Made by a program: the position numbers and the translations under genes | Shown here: positions 48,495 to 57,846 of the stretch, one piece after another | Numbering within the stretch: the stretch's first letter is position 1 | Layout of the letters: each line of letters begins with the position of its first letter | Notes under the pieces: generated by a model | Seen by the model: the letters and a program-made list of their open reading frames with translations, nothing else | Told to the model about the DNA's origin: nothing | Database searches by the model: none | Assembly (NCBI GenBank): GCA_002347045.1 | Contig: DDWV01000001.1 | Location: 291,844-355,843, forward strand | Length of the DNA: 64,000 nucleotides | Reading direction: 5' to 3' | Origin: Candidatus Collierbacteria bacterium UBA2277 | GTDB taxonomy: Bacteria > Patescibacteriota > Microgenomatia > UBA1400 > MFAQ01

Positions 48495-49974
48495 GCTTTA
48501 TTTTAAAGTAATTAAGGGTGTTTTTAACAAAAGCAACGCCTTCGAAGAAAATCACCGTACTAAAGTAGATTGCTGAAGAAAAGACTCCAATGGCAATAAG
48601 TGTAAGTGTTGAGGTGCCGAATCGAATCGATAAAGAGAGAAAAATACTCATAGAAAGCGTTGCTAAAAGAGGAGTCTTAAGAATATTAAATAAATTAAAC
48701 TGAACATATTTGCGAGCCATGAAGATAGTGACGATAGAAGAAGTGGCAATAATTGCTACTGCGTATGAGACTCCCAGGTAGCCAAACTTGAGAGATAGTA
48801 ATGGCATGGTAGCCCAAGTGAGACCTGTCCACATAAGCATAAGTTTGAAGGTTGACTTGATGTGACCCGTAGCGTTTAGAAGATTGGTAAGACTGGTTGA
48901 GACACTTGCCCAGGCGGAGTTGTAAAGGTAAATATAAAGTGGAATAAGAGCGGGAAGCCACTTGGTGTACTTAGGAATAAGATGAACTAGAGGAAGGGCA
49001 AAGAAACCCATGCCAACAAGGACGGGGAAAGAGGCTAGACACATATATTTTAAGCTAATTTCTACGGCACGTGCGAGTTTTTCTTTGTCGTGCTGGAGCC
49101 TGGCATAGGTCGGGAATGATACCTTTGTAAGATTGTCCATTACTATCCTTAGTGGAAGCCCAGCCCATTTACTGGCCCAGCCGATATATCCCAAACCGGT
49201 AGTGCCAATGATTTTGGTAAGAATAATTGTCATACCGTCATCTTTTAGTACTGCCAGGAAAGTGTTGGCTTGATACGGAAGACCAAAACGCAGTAAAGAC
49301 CTAAGTGAGCCGCGATATATTCCGATCAAAGGTCTCCATGGATAAATAATGTACATAGCAACAAGACCAACTACTCCTCGAGAAAGGACGGCCATTGAAA
49401 AGCTTGTAACCCCGTAACCTTTCCAAGCAAAATAAACTGCCACAAAATTGAAAGCTAAGGTTTCGAGAATCTGAGGAAGAATGAGTTTATTGAACTTGAT
49501 TTCTCTCTCTAACATTATCGAGGGAATGGTTTTAAGTGAGCTTAAAAACAAGGAGACTCCCATGGCATACATAAGGTACATACCTGACTTGTCTATACCG
49601 TATTGTTTTTGAACAAAAGGACTAACTAAATACAGAAGAAGAAGAAGAGACAAAACAAGAAACTGTTGAACTGTGAATGTGGTAGAAAGATCTTCCTTGG
49701 TAATGGTTTCCTTTTTTTGTATTAGCGCTGCAGCAAGACCAATATCTGAAAAATAGGAAAGGAAACTGACAACCGACGAAACAAGATAGTAGATACCATA
49801 TGTACTTGGATCGAGAAAAATTGTAAGAGCAAGCGTTGCAATGAAAGAGATAATCTGAATAGCGAAAGTGCGCGAAATGAGAGCTAGCACCCCTGAGACA
49901 GAGCGTCTTTTTACTTCTTGATATCCAAGTAGTTGTGGTTCGTCAAGTAGTGAATCAGGGATGGAGTCGAGCAT
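48487..49974 (-). CDS. Wzx/MOP-family oligosaccharide flippase (polysaccharide biosynthesis protein)
   Basis: 495 aa, about 14 TM segments, N-terminal region typical of Wzx-like exporters. Confidence 0.6.
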   Translation of the reverse strand: MLDSIPDSLLDEPQLLGYQEVKRRSVSGVLALISRTFAIQIISFIATLALTIFLDPSTYGIYYLVSSVVSFLSYFSDIGLAAALIQKKETITKEDLSTTFTVQQFLVLSLLLLLYLVSPFVQKQYGIDKSGMYLMYAMGVSLFLSSLKTIPSIMLEREIKFNKLILPQILETLAFNFVAVYFAWKGYGVTSFSMAVLSRGVVGLVAMYIIYPWRPLIGIYRGSLRSLLRFGLPYQANTFLAVLKDDGMTIILTKIIGTTGLGYIGWASKWAGLPLRIVMDNLTKVSFPTYARLQHDKEKLARAVEISLKYMCLASFPVLVGMGFFALPLVHLIPKYTKWLPALIPLYIYLYNSAWASVSTSLTNLLNATGHIKSTFKLMLMWTGLTWATMPLLSLKFGYLGVSYAVAIIATSSIVTIFMARKYVQFNLFNILKTPLLATLSMSIFLSLSIRFGTSTLTLIAIGVFSSAIYFSTVIFFEGVAFVKNTLNYFKIKHV

Positions 49975-51646
49975 TGAGTATAAGCTTTATTAATATTGCA
50001 AAAGATATTAGTGAAGCGATGTCTGAAAGAGCACGAACTAGAGTGTAGCCAATTTTGGCAGAGATATTGTGCTCCCCTTCTGTGAGATCGATAATAACTC
50101 GACCCAGTTCATCATCGTAGGTAGTATCCACCTTTTTATCATCAACCTTTACCACCAAGCCTTCAAAACTATAAAGAGGAATCATTATTTTTGCGTTTGG
50201 AGTAGAAACTTTGGCATTGAACTTCATCCAGTTGGTTCCGGAGGTGTAGTATAGGATACCACCTTGACCCTCCGAGAAAACTGGAATAGTAAAGGCAGGC
50301 GCACCAGGGGGGAACTTTGCTGTTCTTGGAAGATAATCAAAAATTCCTCCCGTAACCTGAAGCTCCCATTGTCTGCCAGCCATCTTCTCCTCAAAGGTGA
50401 CTCTTGTGGGTCTTTCAACTTGAAAGAATTGCACATTCCAGGCAATAACCCCTATAGAAAGAGCTACAAATGCTAGTTTTTGAACTGTCTTGGATACCTT
50501 AATGGTAGCCAAGTAACCGGCCGTAAAAGAAAAATAGAAAACAATTAAGGCTACTAATCTCCAGGGAAACTGGGCATATTGTAGTAAATGGATACGATTC
50601 CAAATGAATATTGAACGACCATGGACAAGAAAAGCGTATATAAATCCCATAAATACCGTCATCAGGATCATCAAGGAGATTGCTTTGTCTTTTTTGAATT
50701 TAAAGAAGGCAACTACTGAAGCAATTAGTGCAACTATCCATTGAAGCTGACCTATTGAAAATGACATACTATCATCTGGTCCCCACAAGGATCCGCCATA
50801 ACCCCAGAAACGAGAAAAGAACATTTGACTAATGTCTGCGTAGTGAGCCATGAAATTGAAGTAGCCAGACATCATGGAGTCTACATGAACAAATTTTTGC
50901 TCAAGAACAACAGGAATAAAGAAAAATGCTGACAGTCCGATTCCTAATACACCAGAAAGGAATAAGTCTTTAATTGACTTGAAGTTCTTTGTTTTGATTA
51001 TCCAAAAAATTGCCCAGGCAATGGCGGATGGTGCAAAGGCTAAAGTCATTACATTGTGAGAAGTAAGCTGCAGGCAAAGAGCTATGGCCAGAAGATAAAA
51101 GTTCTTCCAGGAGAACTTTTTGGCTATAAGGTTGTAGATATAGAGCAAAACAAATGGGAACCAAACCATCCCCCAGGCTTCGTTTTGGGCTCCTCGAACA
51201 TAAACATCTACCGAGTGGTATGGAGCATAGACATAAAACAGAGCAGAAAGAATACCTCCCCATTTACCAAAGAACTCTTTAGCAAGGTAATACATTCCAT
51301 AGCCAGACAGAACAAAAGCAAGAGCAAACATGATCTTTACCGGCCAGAAAAATCCCATCCCAAGAAGTGTCATGACCTCCATAGGGTAATATGGCATTGG
51401 AGGATAAAACTGCATTAGAGGATATCCGTAGCCAAAGCCAGCGTCTGGAACCCATCGGCAAGGTATCTGACCATCCCGAACGCACTTATCAATCTGGAAA
51501 AGCCTAAAGCTTTGCAGGTCGTCGTGCATGGTGAAATAGCCCGGTAAAAGGAGTCCCTTGATAGCGGGAATCAACAGGACCAACAATAGAATCTCAAGAC
51601 GAAAACGGAAAACAATCTGCCATATCTTTTTGAACATCTGCTTCAT
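49955..51646 (-). CDS. polytopic membrane protein, GT-C-like
   Basis: 563 aa. GYFTMHDDLQ and YGYP loop, about 12 TM segments, C-terminal soluble domain with terminal TM. Confidence 0.45.
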   Translation of the reverse strand: MKQMFKKIWQIVFRFRLEILLLVLLIPAIKGLLLPGYFTMHDDLQSFRLFQIDKCVRDGQIPCRWVPDAGFGYGYPLMQFYPPMPYYPMEVMTLLGMGFFWPVKIMFALAFVLSGYGMYYLAKEFFGKWGGILSALFYVYAPYHSVDVYVRGAQNEAWGMVWFPFVLLYIYNLIAKKFSWKNFYLLAIALCLQLTSHNVMTLAFAPSAIAWAIFWIIKTKNFKSIKDLFLSGVLGIGLSAFFFIPVVLEQKFVHVDSMMSGYFNFMAHYADISQMFFSRFWGYGGSLWGPDDSMSFSIGQLQWIVALIASVVAFFKFKKDKAISLMILMTVFMGFIYAFLVHGRSIFIWNRIHLLQYAQFPWRLVALIVFYFSFTAGYLATIKVSKTVQKLAFVALSIGVIAWNVQFFQVERPTRVTFEEKMAGRQWELQVTGGIFDYLPRTAKFPPGAPAFTIPVFSEGQGGILYYTSGTNWMKFNAKVSTPNAKIMIPLYSFEGLVVKVDDKKVDTTYDDELGRVIIDLTEGEHNISAKIGYTLVRALSDIASLISFAILIKLILNARLHP

Positions 51647-53163
51647 TATAGAGAGTTAGGTAGGTATCGGTAAAGCTGAAGAACTTCTGATGATCCATCA
51701 AGTCTGGAAGGCTTGACGTATTCTTTGACTAAATGCAAATCGTTTAGGTGGCCAGCGTTGAGATGATTTCTGGATTTGTTGAGAATTAGGAATCGTTGGT
51801 TTTTGGAGTCTGTATCGATTAGTCCTTCTGGAATGGAACCAACGTATGGACTGGAACCTACAATGGTGATGTTCGGGTGATTGTTGGTATAAATTTGTAG
51901 TCCGTCTGGCAAAGTGCCAAAGTAGCCTTCGGTAAAGGCAACCACCTTTTCCCCTTGTGCCTCAAGGTCGATAAAATAGTTGGCAATATCTTTTTGGCCC
52001 CATCCTGCTGTCCACTCTTCAAGGTAGCCGTTTCTCATATCAAATGAAAGAGGTGCCTTGGTAGGACTAAAAACGCAAAGAATTGAGATAAACAAAGGAA
52101 CAATTAGAATGACGATAGTAGACAGTTTTATTAATTTTCCTCTTCTGGTTGATAGCCAGTATAGGCCCAGACTAGCAATAGGCAAAAGAGGAGTTACTCC
52201 AAAAAGAATATATCGGCTGGTATAGACCTTGGCTATTGCAGCTTGAGTAAAAAGAGGTAAAAGAGAAACGATTATCAGAAAAAGAGCAGATACTCGACTC
52301 TTTTTGGAAACGAAGCCTAAGAATAGAGCTACAAGAATTGTGGGGGTGAGAAGTAGCCAAAGCCAGTTGATAGTTGTTTTTAGGTTTCCTGTAAGTGGGT
52401 TAAGAGGGTGACTGAGAACTTCTTTCCAAGTGAAAAGATAGTCTTGATTCCTAGCACCAATCATTTCGAAAGCTGGGCCCAGGCGAAGGACTCCATACAT
52501 TAATTGAGAAATTACTAGCACAGAAAAAAGACCAGTAAAGACCTTTACGAGTGACTGCAGTTTGACTTTCTTTGCTGGACGGAAAAAGAAAACTAAAGCC
52601 AGGAATATCCACGGGTAAAAGAAAATAGCTGGAGACTTTGTGAGTAGGCCTCCTCCAACAGCAAAACCTAGCAACATAGCATGATCGAGCCTTTGAGTCT
52701 TTGCAAAAAGGACTCCTAGGCCTATCGTCCATATCCCAAACATGGAAAGCATCGAGTCAGCAAGAGCCATACGGTCAAAAAAGACGGTATAAGGAACTAG
52801 GGTGTAAAGAAGTGAAGAGACGATGGCAACTAAAAAATTACCGAACAAAACATATGACAAAAAAGCAATAGCAAAAAGTGACCCAAATCCTGAAGCGACC
52901 GAAACAAGACGGCCGGCAATGAGAGGATCTTTGGTGATCTTGAAAAAGGGAATAGTTGACCACATTGAGAGTGGTTGTTTGCCATCGGTTTGGGGAATAA
53001 AGCGAAGATTGGGTTCGTTTTTCATCACTTGAGACCATCGGACATAAATACCTTCATCAACAAAAACTGGTATTCCATTTAGATTTGAAAGTCTAAGAAA
53101 AAAGAACAAGACTAGAGTGAGAAGCGAAAGAATGATGAGGGGTACTAGTTTAGTTTTTGTCAT
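51646..53163 (-). CDS. GT-C ArnT-like glycosyltransferase
   Basis: 505 aa. IPVFVDEGIYVRW DE loop after TM1. Confidence 0.65.
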   Translation of the reverse strand: MTKTKLVPLIILSLLTLVLFFFLRLSNLNGIPVFVDEGIYVRWSQVMKNEPNLRFIPQTDGKQPLSMWSTIPFFKITKDPLIAGRLVSVASGFGSLFAIAFLSYVLFGNFLVAIVSSLLYTLVPYTVFFDRMALADSMLSMFGIWTIGLGVLFAKTQRLDHAMLLGFAVGGGLLTKSPAIFFYPWIFLALVFFFRPAKKVKLQSLVKVFTGLFSVLVISQLMYGVLRLGPAFEMIGARNQDYLFTWKEVLSHPLNPLTGNLKTTINWLWLLLTPTILVALFLGFVSKKSRVSALFLIIVSLLPLFTQAAIAKVYTSRYILFGVTPLLPIASLGLYWLSTRRGKLIKLSTIVILIVPLFISILCVFSPTKAPLSFDMRNGYLEEWTAGWGQKDIANYFIDLEAQGEKVVAFTEGYFGTLPDGLQIYTNNHPNITIVGSSPYVGSIPEGLIDTDSKNQRFLILNKSRNHLNAGHLNDLHLVKEYVKPSRLDGSSEVLQLYRYLPNSL

Positions 53164-53911
53164 ATTTTCCAGATATATCGTTTAGCTTAACTTGAAGAAT
53201 CTGTTTTAGCATATCTAAAGACTCGGAAACAAAGTTTTTATTTTTTCCCGTAGAAGTGTCCTCATCGTTCCAAACAACGTCAACTTCCTTGAGCTTACTT
53301 CCGTATTTCTCGGCTAAAAATAGCATTTCAACGTCGTAGGCTGAGACCTTCCACCCTTCTGCTTTACTTTTTTCGGTGATAACAGAGAGTTTGGGAAATA
53401 TCTTCTTAGCTAGAGGAAGACGAAGGGCTTTGAAACCACACTGAGTGTCGACAACATCCCTAAGCAAAAATAGACCTCTAAAGACACGAAAACCCCATGA
53501 AGTAACCTGCCTGAACCATGGGAAATTGTTGCGCATTTTGCCACGAGAGCCATAAACAACATCGTAACCTTTTTCAAACCAGGGAAGAAGTTTTTCTACT
53601 TCTTTGAGAGGTGTCGACTGATCCATGTCGGTAAAAAGAACTATTTCGCCTTTGGCTACTCTTATACCATTCCAGATACCTGCAGCTTTTCCCCCGTGTT
53701 GACCTCTAATTAGTTTGAAACCGGTGTGTTTGCGAACGAAAGATTCGATGAGTTTGTCTCCTCCGTCAGTTGATCCATCGTCATTGACGATAACCTCCCA
53801 AGAGTAATGAACTTTTTTGAGATAGTTATAAACTTGATCCAGCACTCCCCTCTCAAGATTTTCCTTTTCATTGTAGTTTGGAATTACAATGGACAGCTTG
53901 GGTTTTATCAT
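53150..53911 (-). CDS. GT2 polyprenol-phosphate sugar synthase (Dpm1/GtrB/ArnC-like)
   Basis: 253 aa. LSIVIPNYNEKENL, VIVNDDGSTDG and LFTDMDQSTP motifs. No C-terminal TM domain. Confidence 0.65.
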   Translation of the reverse strand: MIKPKLSIVIPNYNEKENLERGVLDQVYNYLKKVHYSWEVIVNDDGSTDGGDKLIESFVRKHTGFKLIRGQHGGKAAGIWNGIRVAKGEIVLFTDMDQSTPLKEVEKLLPWFEKGYDVVYGSRGKMRNNFPWFRQVTSWGFRVFRGLFLLRDVVDTQCGFKALRLPLAKKIFPKLSVITEKSKAEGWKVSAYDVEMLFLAEKYGSKLKEVDVVWNDEDTSTGKNKNFVSESLDMLKQILQVKLNDISGKYDKN

Positions 53912-53914
53912 ATT

Positions 53915-54457
53915 TTATTTAAAGACTTCGTTTCTGTAGTATTTTAACTCATCGATGGACTCTAGAATATCATCATGAGCACGATGAGGCTCAGCTTTTA
54001 CAAAAGGATGAATATCTGGATACCATCTGAGAGCGAGCTCTTTGATGGTAGAAACATCAATTATGCGGTAGTGAACAAACTCTGCAAGTTTGGGCATGTG
54101 GACTCTAATAAACTCTCTATCTACGTGTACTGAGTTTCCGGCAAAAAGTGCTGTTTTGCTCTGACAGTTTTCTTTGAGAAAGGCAAGAGTTTTTTCTTCG
54201 GCTTCTGCTAGAGAGATTTTTGATTTGTAAATTGAGCTTAGGAGTCCTGATTGGGCAAAGTGTTCTTGGCACCAGTCGTTCATGTTGTCTGTAACAGAGC
54301 TTGGTTCATGAATGACGATGTCTGGACCTTCTGCTAGTATCTCGAGGTCTGCGTTTGTGATAACTGTAGCTATCTCAACTATTTTATCTTTTTGAGGGTC
54401 TAAACCCGTCATTTCAAGATCGAGCCAGATTAATTTTCCGTTTGTAAATCCTGTCAT
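53915..54457 (-). CDS. orn: oligoribonuclease
   Basis: 180 aa. LIWLDLEMTGLDP, DKIVEIATVIT, LFAGNSVHVDREF, YRIIDVSTIKELA and H.AHDDI motifs. Colinear with E. coli Orn at roughly half identity by eye. ATGA overlap with the upstream GT-C. Confidence 0.9.
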   Translation of the reverse strand: MTGFTNGKLIWLDLEMTGLDPQKDKIVEIATVITNADLEILAEGPDIVIHEPSSVTDNMNDWCQEHFAQSGLLSSIYKSKISLAEAEEKTLAFLKENCQSKTALFAGNSVHVDREFIRVHMPKLAEFVHYRIIDVSTIKELALRWYPDIHPFVKAEPHRAHDDILESIDELKYYRNEVFK

Positions 54458-55953
54458 ATTGTGTGAACTAAACGATAAATTATTAAATGATCAATGCGCC
54501 ACTCAGAGACAATATGTGATGGACCAAAAACGGCAATTTGCCATGCCGGATTTCCTTCCGGTTGACATTTTTCTCCGTCTTCACAAATAACAAATAGCTG
54601 ATCAACAATTTTTTCTTCCCCCCTTACCAAAAGAGCGTTTTTGTTTTCTAGGAAGTAGCGATATGACTCATCGTAGTTTTGTTTGGCGATTAGACCAAAG
54701 TTGAAAGGCTCGCCGTTTGACTCTTTGATTATCAGATCGACAGCTGACTCAGTGCGCTTGAGCTGATTATTTGGTGAACCAAAGGTTGGGCTGAACTTTA
54801 GATTGATATATACCAAAGCAATTACTGAGACAAAGGCGAGTATTTTTAAGATTAGACCCTTTCTAGTGATTATGAAGCCAAGTAGAGCTCCGAGTAAAAG
54901 AAAAATTGCTGGATAGATAAAGCCAAGATAATGAACATAAACGTGTTGTTTGTAAACACTTAAGCCAAGAATGGCTAGTGCCAGCCAGACGAAAAGCACT
55001 ATAAGCGATGAACGCCACTTTGATTTAACAAAAACAAGAATAGAGAGACAAAAAATGGTTAGTGAAACTAGAGGAACGGCAATCTCTTGTCTTGCCAGGA
55101 CCATATCTGTAACCGTCATTATAATGACTGGGATGAAACGATCTGAGTGGGCTGGATTTAGATTTACTGTAGTTTGTCTATCGGTAAAAAATGCTTTAAA
55201 AGCATTGAAGTTCATTCCTTGATGCTTAAGATCAAACAAAAACAAAGGAGACATTAACAAAAGAAACATAACAATAGCAAAAATAGATTTCTTTATGAAA
55301 AGTGGAAATAATTTTTTGTCTTTTTTGATCTGGATCAAAGAAAGGATCCAGAAAGTGCCAATCACTGGAGCGAGTAAAAATCCTAGGTAATGCATCTGCA
55401 AAGCAAAAGCAAAAGAGATACCAATGAATGGCAACCAAGAGAGTTTTTTGTTTTGCCAGACTTGATATATACCCCAGATACAAAGAAGAGCAAAAAGAGG
55501 CATGGGGTTTGGGTTCCAAGATGAGCGAGAATAGATGATTGCAACTGGAGATACTGCAAAAAGAAGAGCAGCTATTATGGCTGACTCTTTATTGAACCAA
55601 GTTCTACCAAATAGCCAGGTAAGGAACACAGTAAAAACTCCAAGAAGGGCTACCATTATGGCAGGCCCGACAGGATTTAGCCCGGAAAGAAAAAGTGCTG
55701 GAGCCATCATGTAGTAATAAAGCGGACCAAGATACATATTACCAATGCTTGTCTGAGGTCCAATGAAAACTAGATTTCCTTCTGTGACAAGATCTCGAAC
55801 AATTCTGACATCTCGACCTTCGTCTCCGAGAAAGGTCATGAATTGACCAATTTTGTAAAGCCTAAGGAAAAGGGCTAATCCAAGTACTAGAGCTAATATA
55901 AATGCTTCTCGTTTGTTGTTTTTTATCCAGTTGATCATTTTATTTTGCGCCAA
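54454..55953 (-). CDS. GT-C ArnT-like glycosyltransferase
   Basis: 499 aa. FLGDEGRDVRIVRDL loop. 19-nt overlap with the upstream GT2. Confidence 0.65.
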   Translation of the reverse strand: MAQNKMINWIKNNKREAFILALVLGLALFLRLYKIGQFMTFLGDEGRDVRIVRDLVTEGNLVFIGPQTSIGNMYLGPLYYYMMAPALFLSGLNPVGPAIMVALLGVFTVFLTWLFGRTWFNKESAIIAALLFAVSPVAIIYSRSSWNPNPMPLFALLCIWGIYQVWQNKKLSWLPFIGISFAFALQMHYLGFLLAPVIGTFWILSLIQIKKDKKLFPLFIKKSIFAIVMFLLLMSPLFLFDLKHQGMNFNAFKAFFTDRQTTVNLNPAHSDRFIPVIIMTVTDMVLARQEIAVPLVSLTIFCLSILVFVKSKWRSSLIVLFVWLALAILGLSVYKQHVYVHYLGFIYPAIFLLLGALLGFIITRKGLILKILAFVSVIALVYINLKFSPTFGSPNNQLKRTESAVDLIIKESNGEPFNFGLIAKQNYDESYRYFLENKNALLVRGEEKIVDQLFVICEDGEKCQPEGNPAWQIAVFGPSHIVSEWRIDHLIIYRLVHTI

Positions 55954-56645
55954 AGCTTAAATAAATCTACAAAACTTTGAGCGATAACGTTTAGATTTGC
56001 CCCCGTGGCATCGCCGAATTTACGAGGATAATGCTGAACGCCAATTTCTACAATTTTAAAACCGGCTTTTTTGGCTTTGATAAGGAACTCGGAACTTATA
56101 AAGGCACCCCTTTCACTTTCTAATTTTGGAATTGTGTCTACTATTTTTTTGGAGATAAGCTTGAAACCACAGTCGATGTCTCGAACGTTTAGCCCAAAGA
56201 GGAGGAAAACTATAAACTGCCATACTTTGGAGTTAAGTTTTCTTACAAAACTTACTTTTCGACCTAAGTAATAGCCAATGACCATGTCTGAACTTGATTT
56301 GTTTTGGGTGGCGATAAATCTTGAGATTTCTTTGAAATCAAACTGACCATCAGAGTCAATAAATGATATCCATGGATATTTGCAACCATAAAGTCCACTC
56401 TTAAAAGCGGCACCGTACCCCCTGTTTGGATGGTGATGAATTACTGAGATTCTTTTGTCTTTTTTGGACAGGTTATCTGCTATTTTGCCAGTGTTATCTT
56501 TGGAGCCGTCGTTGATGATTACTATTTCCCAAGTTGAAACGTTTTTTTTGAGATTCTCTGTTACGTTTTTGACCGTTTTTTCTAGATTAGCCTCTTCATT
56601 GTAAGCTGGCAGAAAAACGGAGAGTTTATCTATTTGTCTCGCCAT
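55935..56645 (-). CDS. GT2 polyprenol-phosphate sugar synthase (GtrB/ArnC-like)
   Basis: LSVFLPAYNEEANL, IVIINDGSKDNT and FIDSDGQF motifs. ATG at 56645; a GTG at 56651 is also possible. Confidence 0.7.
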   Translation of the reverse strand: MARQIDKLSVFLPAYNEEANLEKTVKNVTENLKKNVSTWEIVIINDGSKDNTGKIADNLSKKDKRISVIHHHPNRGYGAAFKSGLYGCKYPWISFIDSDGQFDFKEISRFIATQNKSSSDMVIGYYLGRKVSFVRKLNSKVWQFIVFLLFGLNVRDIDCGFKLISKKIVDTIPKLESERGAFISSEFLIKAKKAGFKIVEIGVQHYPRKFGDATGANLNVIAQSFVDLFKLWRKIK

Positions 56646-56671
56646 ACCCACAAGTATATACTAATAGGTAG

Positions 56672-57787
56672 ATGAAACGATCTTACATAGTAATAATGGT
56701 AGTTATTTTTTCCCTCTTGGTGTGGCTTCCTTTTGCCCTAAAAGTGAAGTTGCCAGGTTGGAGTATGGATTTTTCCAAAGGAACTCAGATTTTGTGGGAA
56801 AACTATGACGGCCCAAACTACCTAATTGTGGAAAAGACTTGGTATAACAAAGAGGCCATTCTAAACAACTTCTCCAACCCTTTGCCAGCAGAGTATTATC
56901 CTGCCCATTTTCCTTTATATCCAGCTGTAATTTCTGTTTTTGATGTGTTCCTTAAGGGGCCAACTGCGATGCTTTTTGCTACCCTGTTGGGAAGTGTGCT
57001 TATGTTTTTGATGCTTTATCAGTATTTAAAAGAGTTTAAGCTAAGTAAAAATCCTTGGTGGTTGTGTTTTGTCTTTTTATTTCTTCCTGCTCGTTTTGTG
57101 GCTGTGCGAGCCGTGGGCTCACCTGAACCCTGGTTTATTTTGTTCATTGTCGCTAGCATTTATTTTTTTCGAAAGGAAAAATTTTGGCTGGCAGGGCTGA
57201 TTGGATTCCTGGCACAACTTACAAAAAGCCCAGCCATTATTTTGTTGGGTGCTTATGGAGTCTATGCACTAGTTGAGTCAATTAAAGTTAGAAGAATTCA
57301 GTATAAGTACTTGCCTTTGTTGGTACAGTTTTTAGCAGTACCTTTGCTTTTCTGGTTTTTTGGAGTTCGTACAGGGGATTTTATGGCCTACTTTAATAGT
57401 GGAGACAATATTCACCTTTTCTTTCCTCCGTTTACAGTTTTTGCACCAAAAGGTCAGGTCTGGGTTGGTAACTTTTGGCTAGAAGATATTATCTGGACAT
57501 GGCTTGTCTTTGGAATTGGCATTTTGTACCTAAAGAAGAAGAAGGCTACTGTTGAGTACTACTTTGCGGGACTATTTTTCTTGTCGACCCTGCTTGTGGC
57601 TCACAGAGATATTAGTAGATATATATTGCCAGCGTCTCCGTTTGCGTTGATAGGTTGGGATAGCTTGATACAAAAGAAAGAGTTCAAGATAGTGCTTATG
57701 ATCTTGATTGTGCCTGTGTTACTTTATTCATGGAATTTTCTTATAGAGAACGTGGCACCTGTGGCTGACTGGGCTCCATATCTTTAG
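56672..57787 (+). CDS. GT-C membrane glycosyltransferase, PIG-V/DUF2029-like
   Basis: 371 aa. YDGPNYLIVEKTWY...HFPLYPAVI motif, paralogous to 16885-18051. Confidence 0.5.
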   Translation: MKRSYIVIMVVIFSLLVWLPFALKVKLPGWSMDFSKGTQILWENYDGPNYLIVEKTWYNKEAILNNFSNPLPAEYYPAHFPLYPAVISVFDVFLKGPTAMLFATLLGSVLMFLMLYQYLKEFKLSKNPWWLCFVFLFLPARFVAVRAVGSPEPWFILFIVASIYFFRKEKFWLAGLIGFLAQLTKSPAIILLGAYGVYALVESIKVRRIQYKYLPLLVQFLAVPLLFWFFGVRTGDFMAYFNSGDNIHLFFPPFTVFAPKGQVWVGNFWLEDIIWTWLVFGIGILYLKKKKATVEYYFAGLFFLSTLLVAHRDISRYILPASPFALIGWDSLIQKKEFKIVLMILIVPVLLYSWNFLIENVAPVADWAPYL

Positions 57788-57796
57788 AAAATTGTC

Positions 57797-57833
57797 ATAA
57801 AAAAAGAGGGGTAATAAATACCCCTCTGTTTCG
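57797..57833. terminator. intrinsic terminator hairpin between two convergent genes
   Basis: aaaaaAGAGGGGTAataaaTACCCCTCTgtttcg: a 9-bp GC-rich perfect stem with a 5-nt loop, flanked by an A-tract on one side and a T-tract on the other. It could terminate both the plus-strand gene ending at 57787 and the minus-strand rSAM gene ending at 57847. Confidence 0.7.
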
Positions 57834-57846
57834 CATCCTTTACCAA

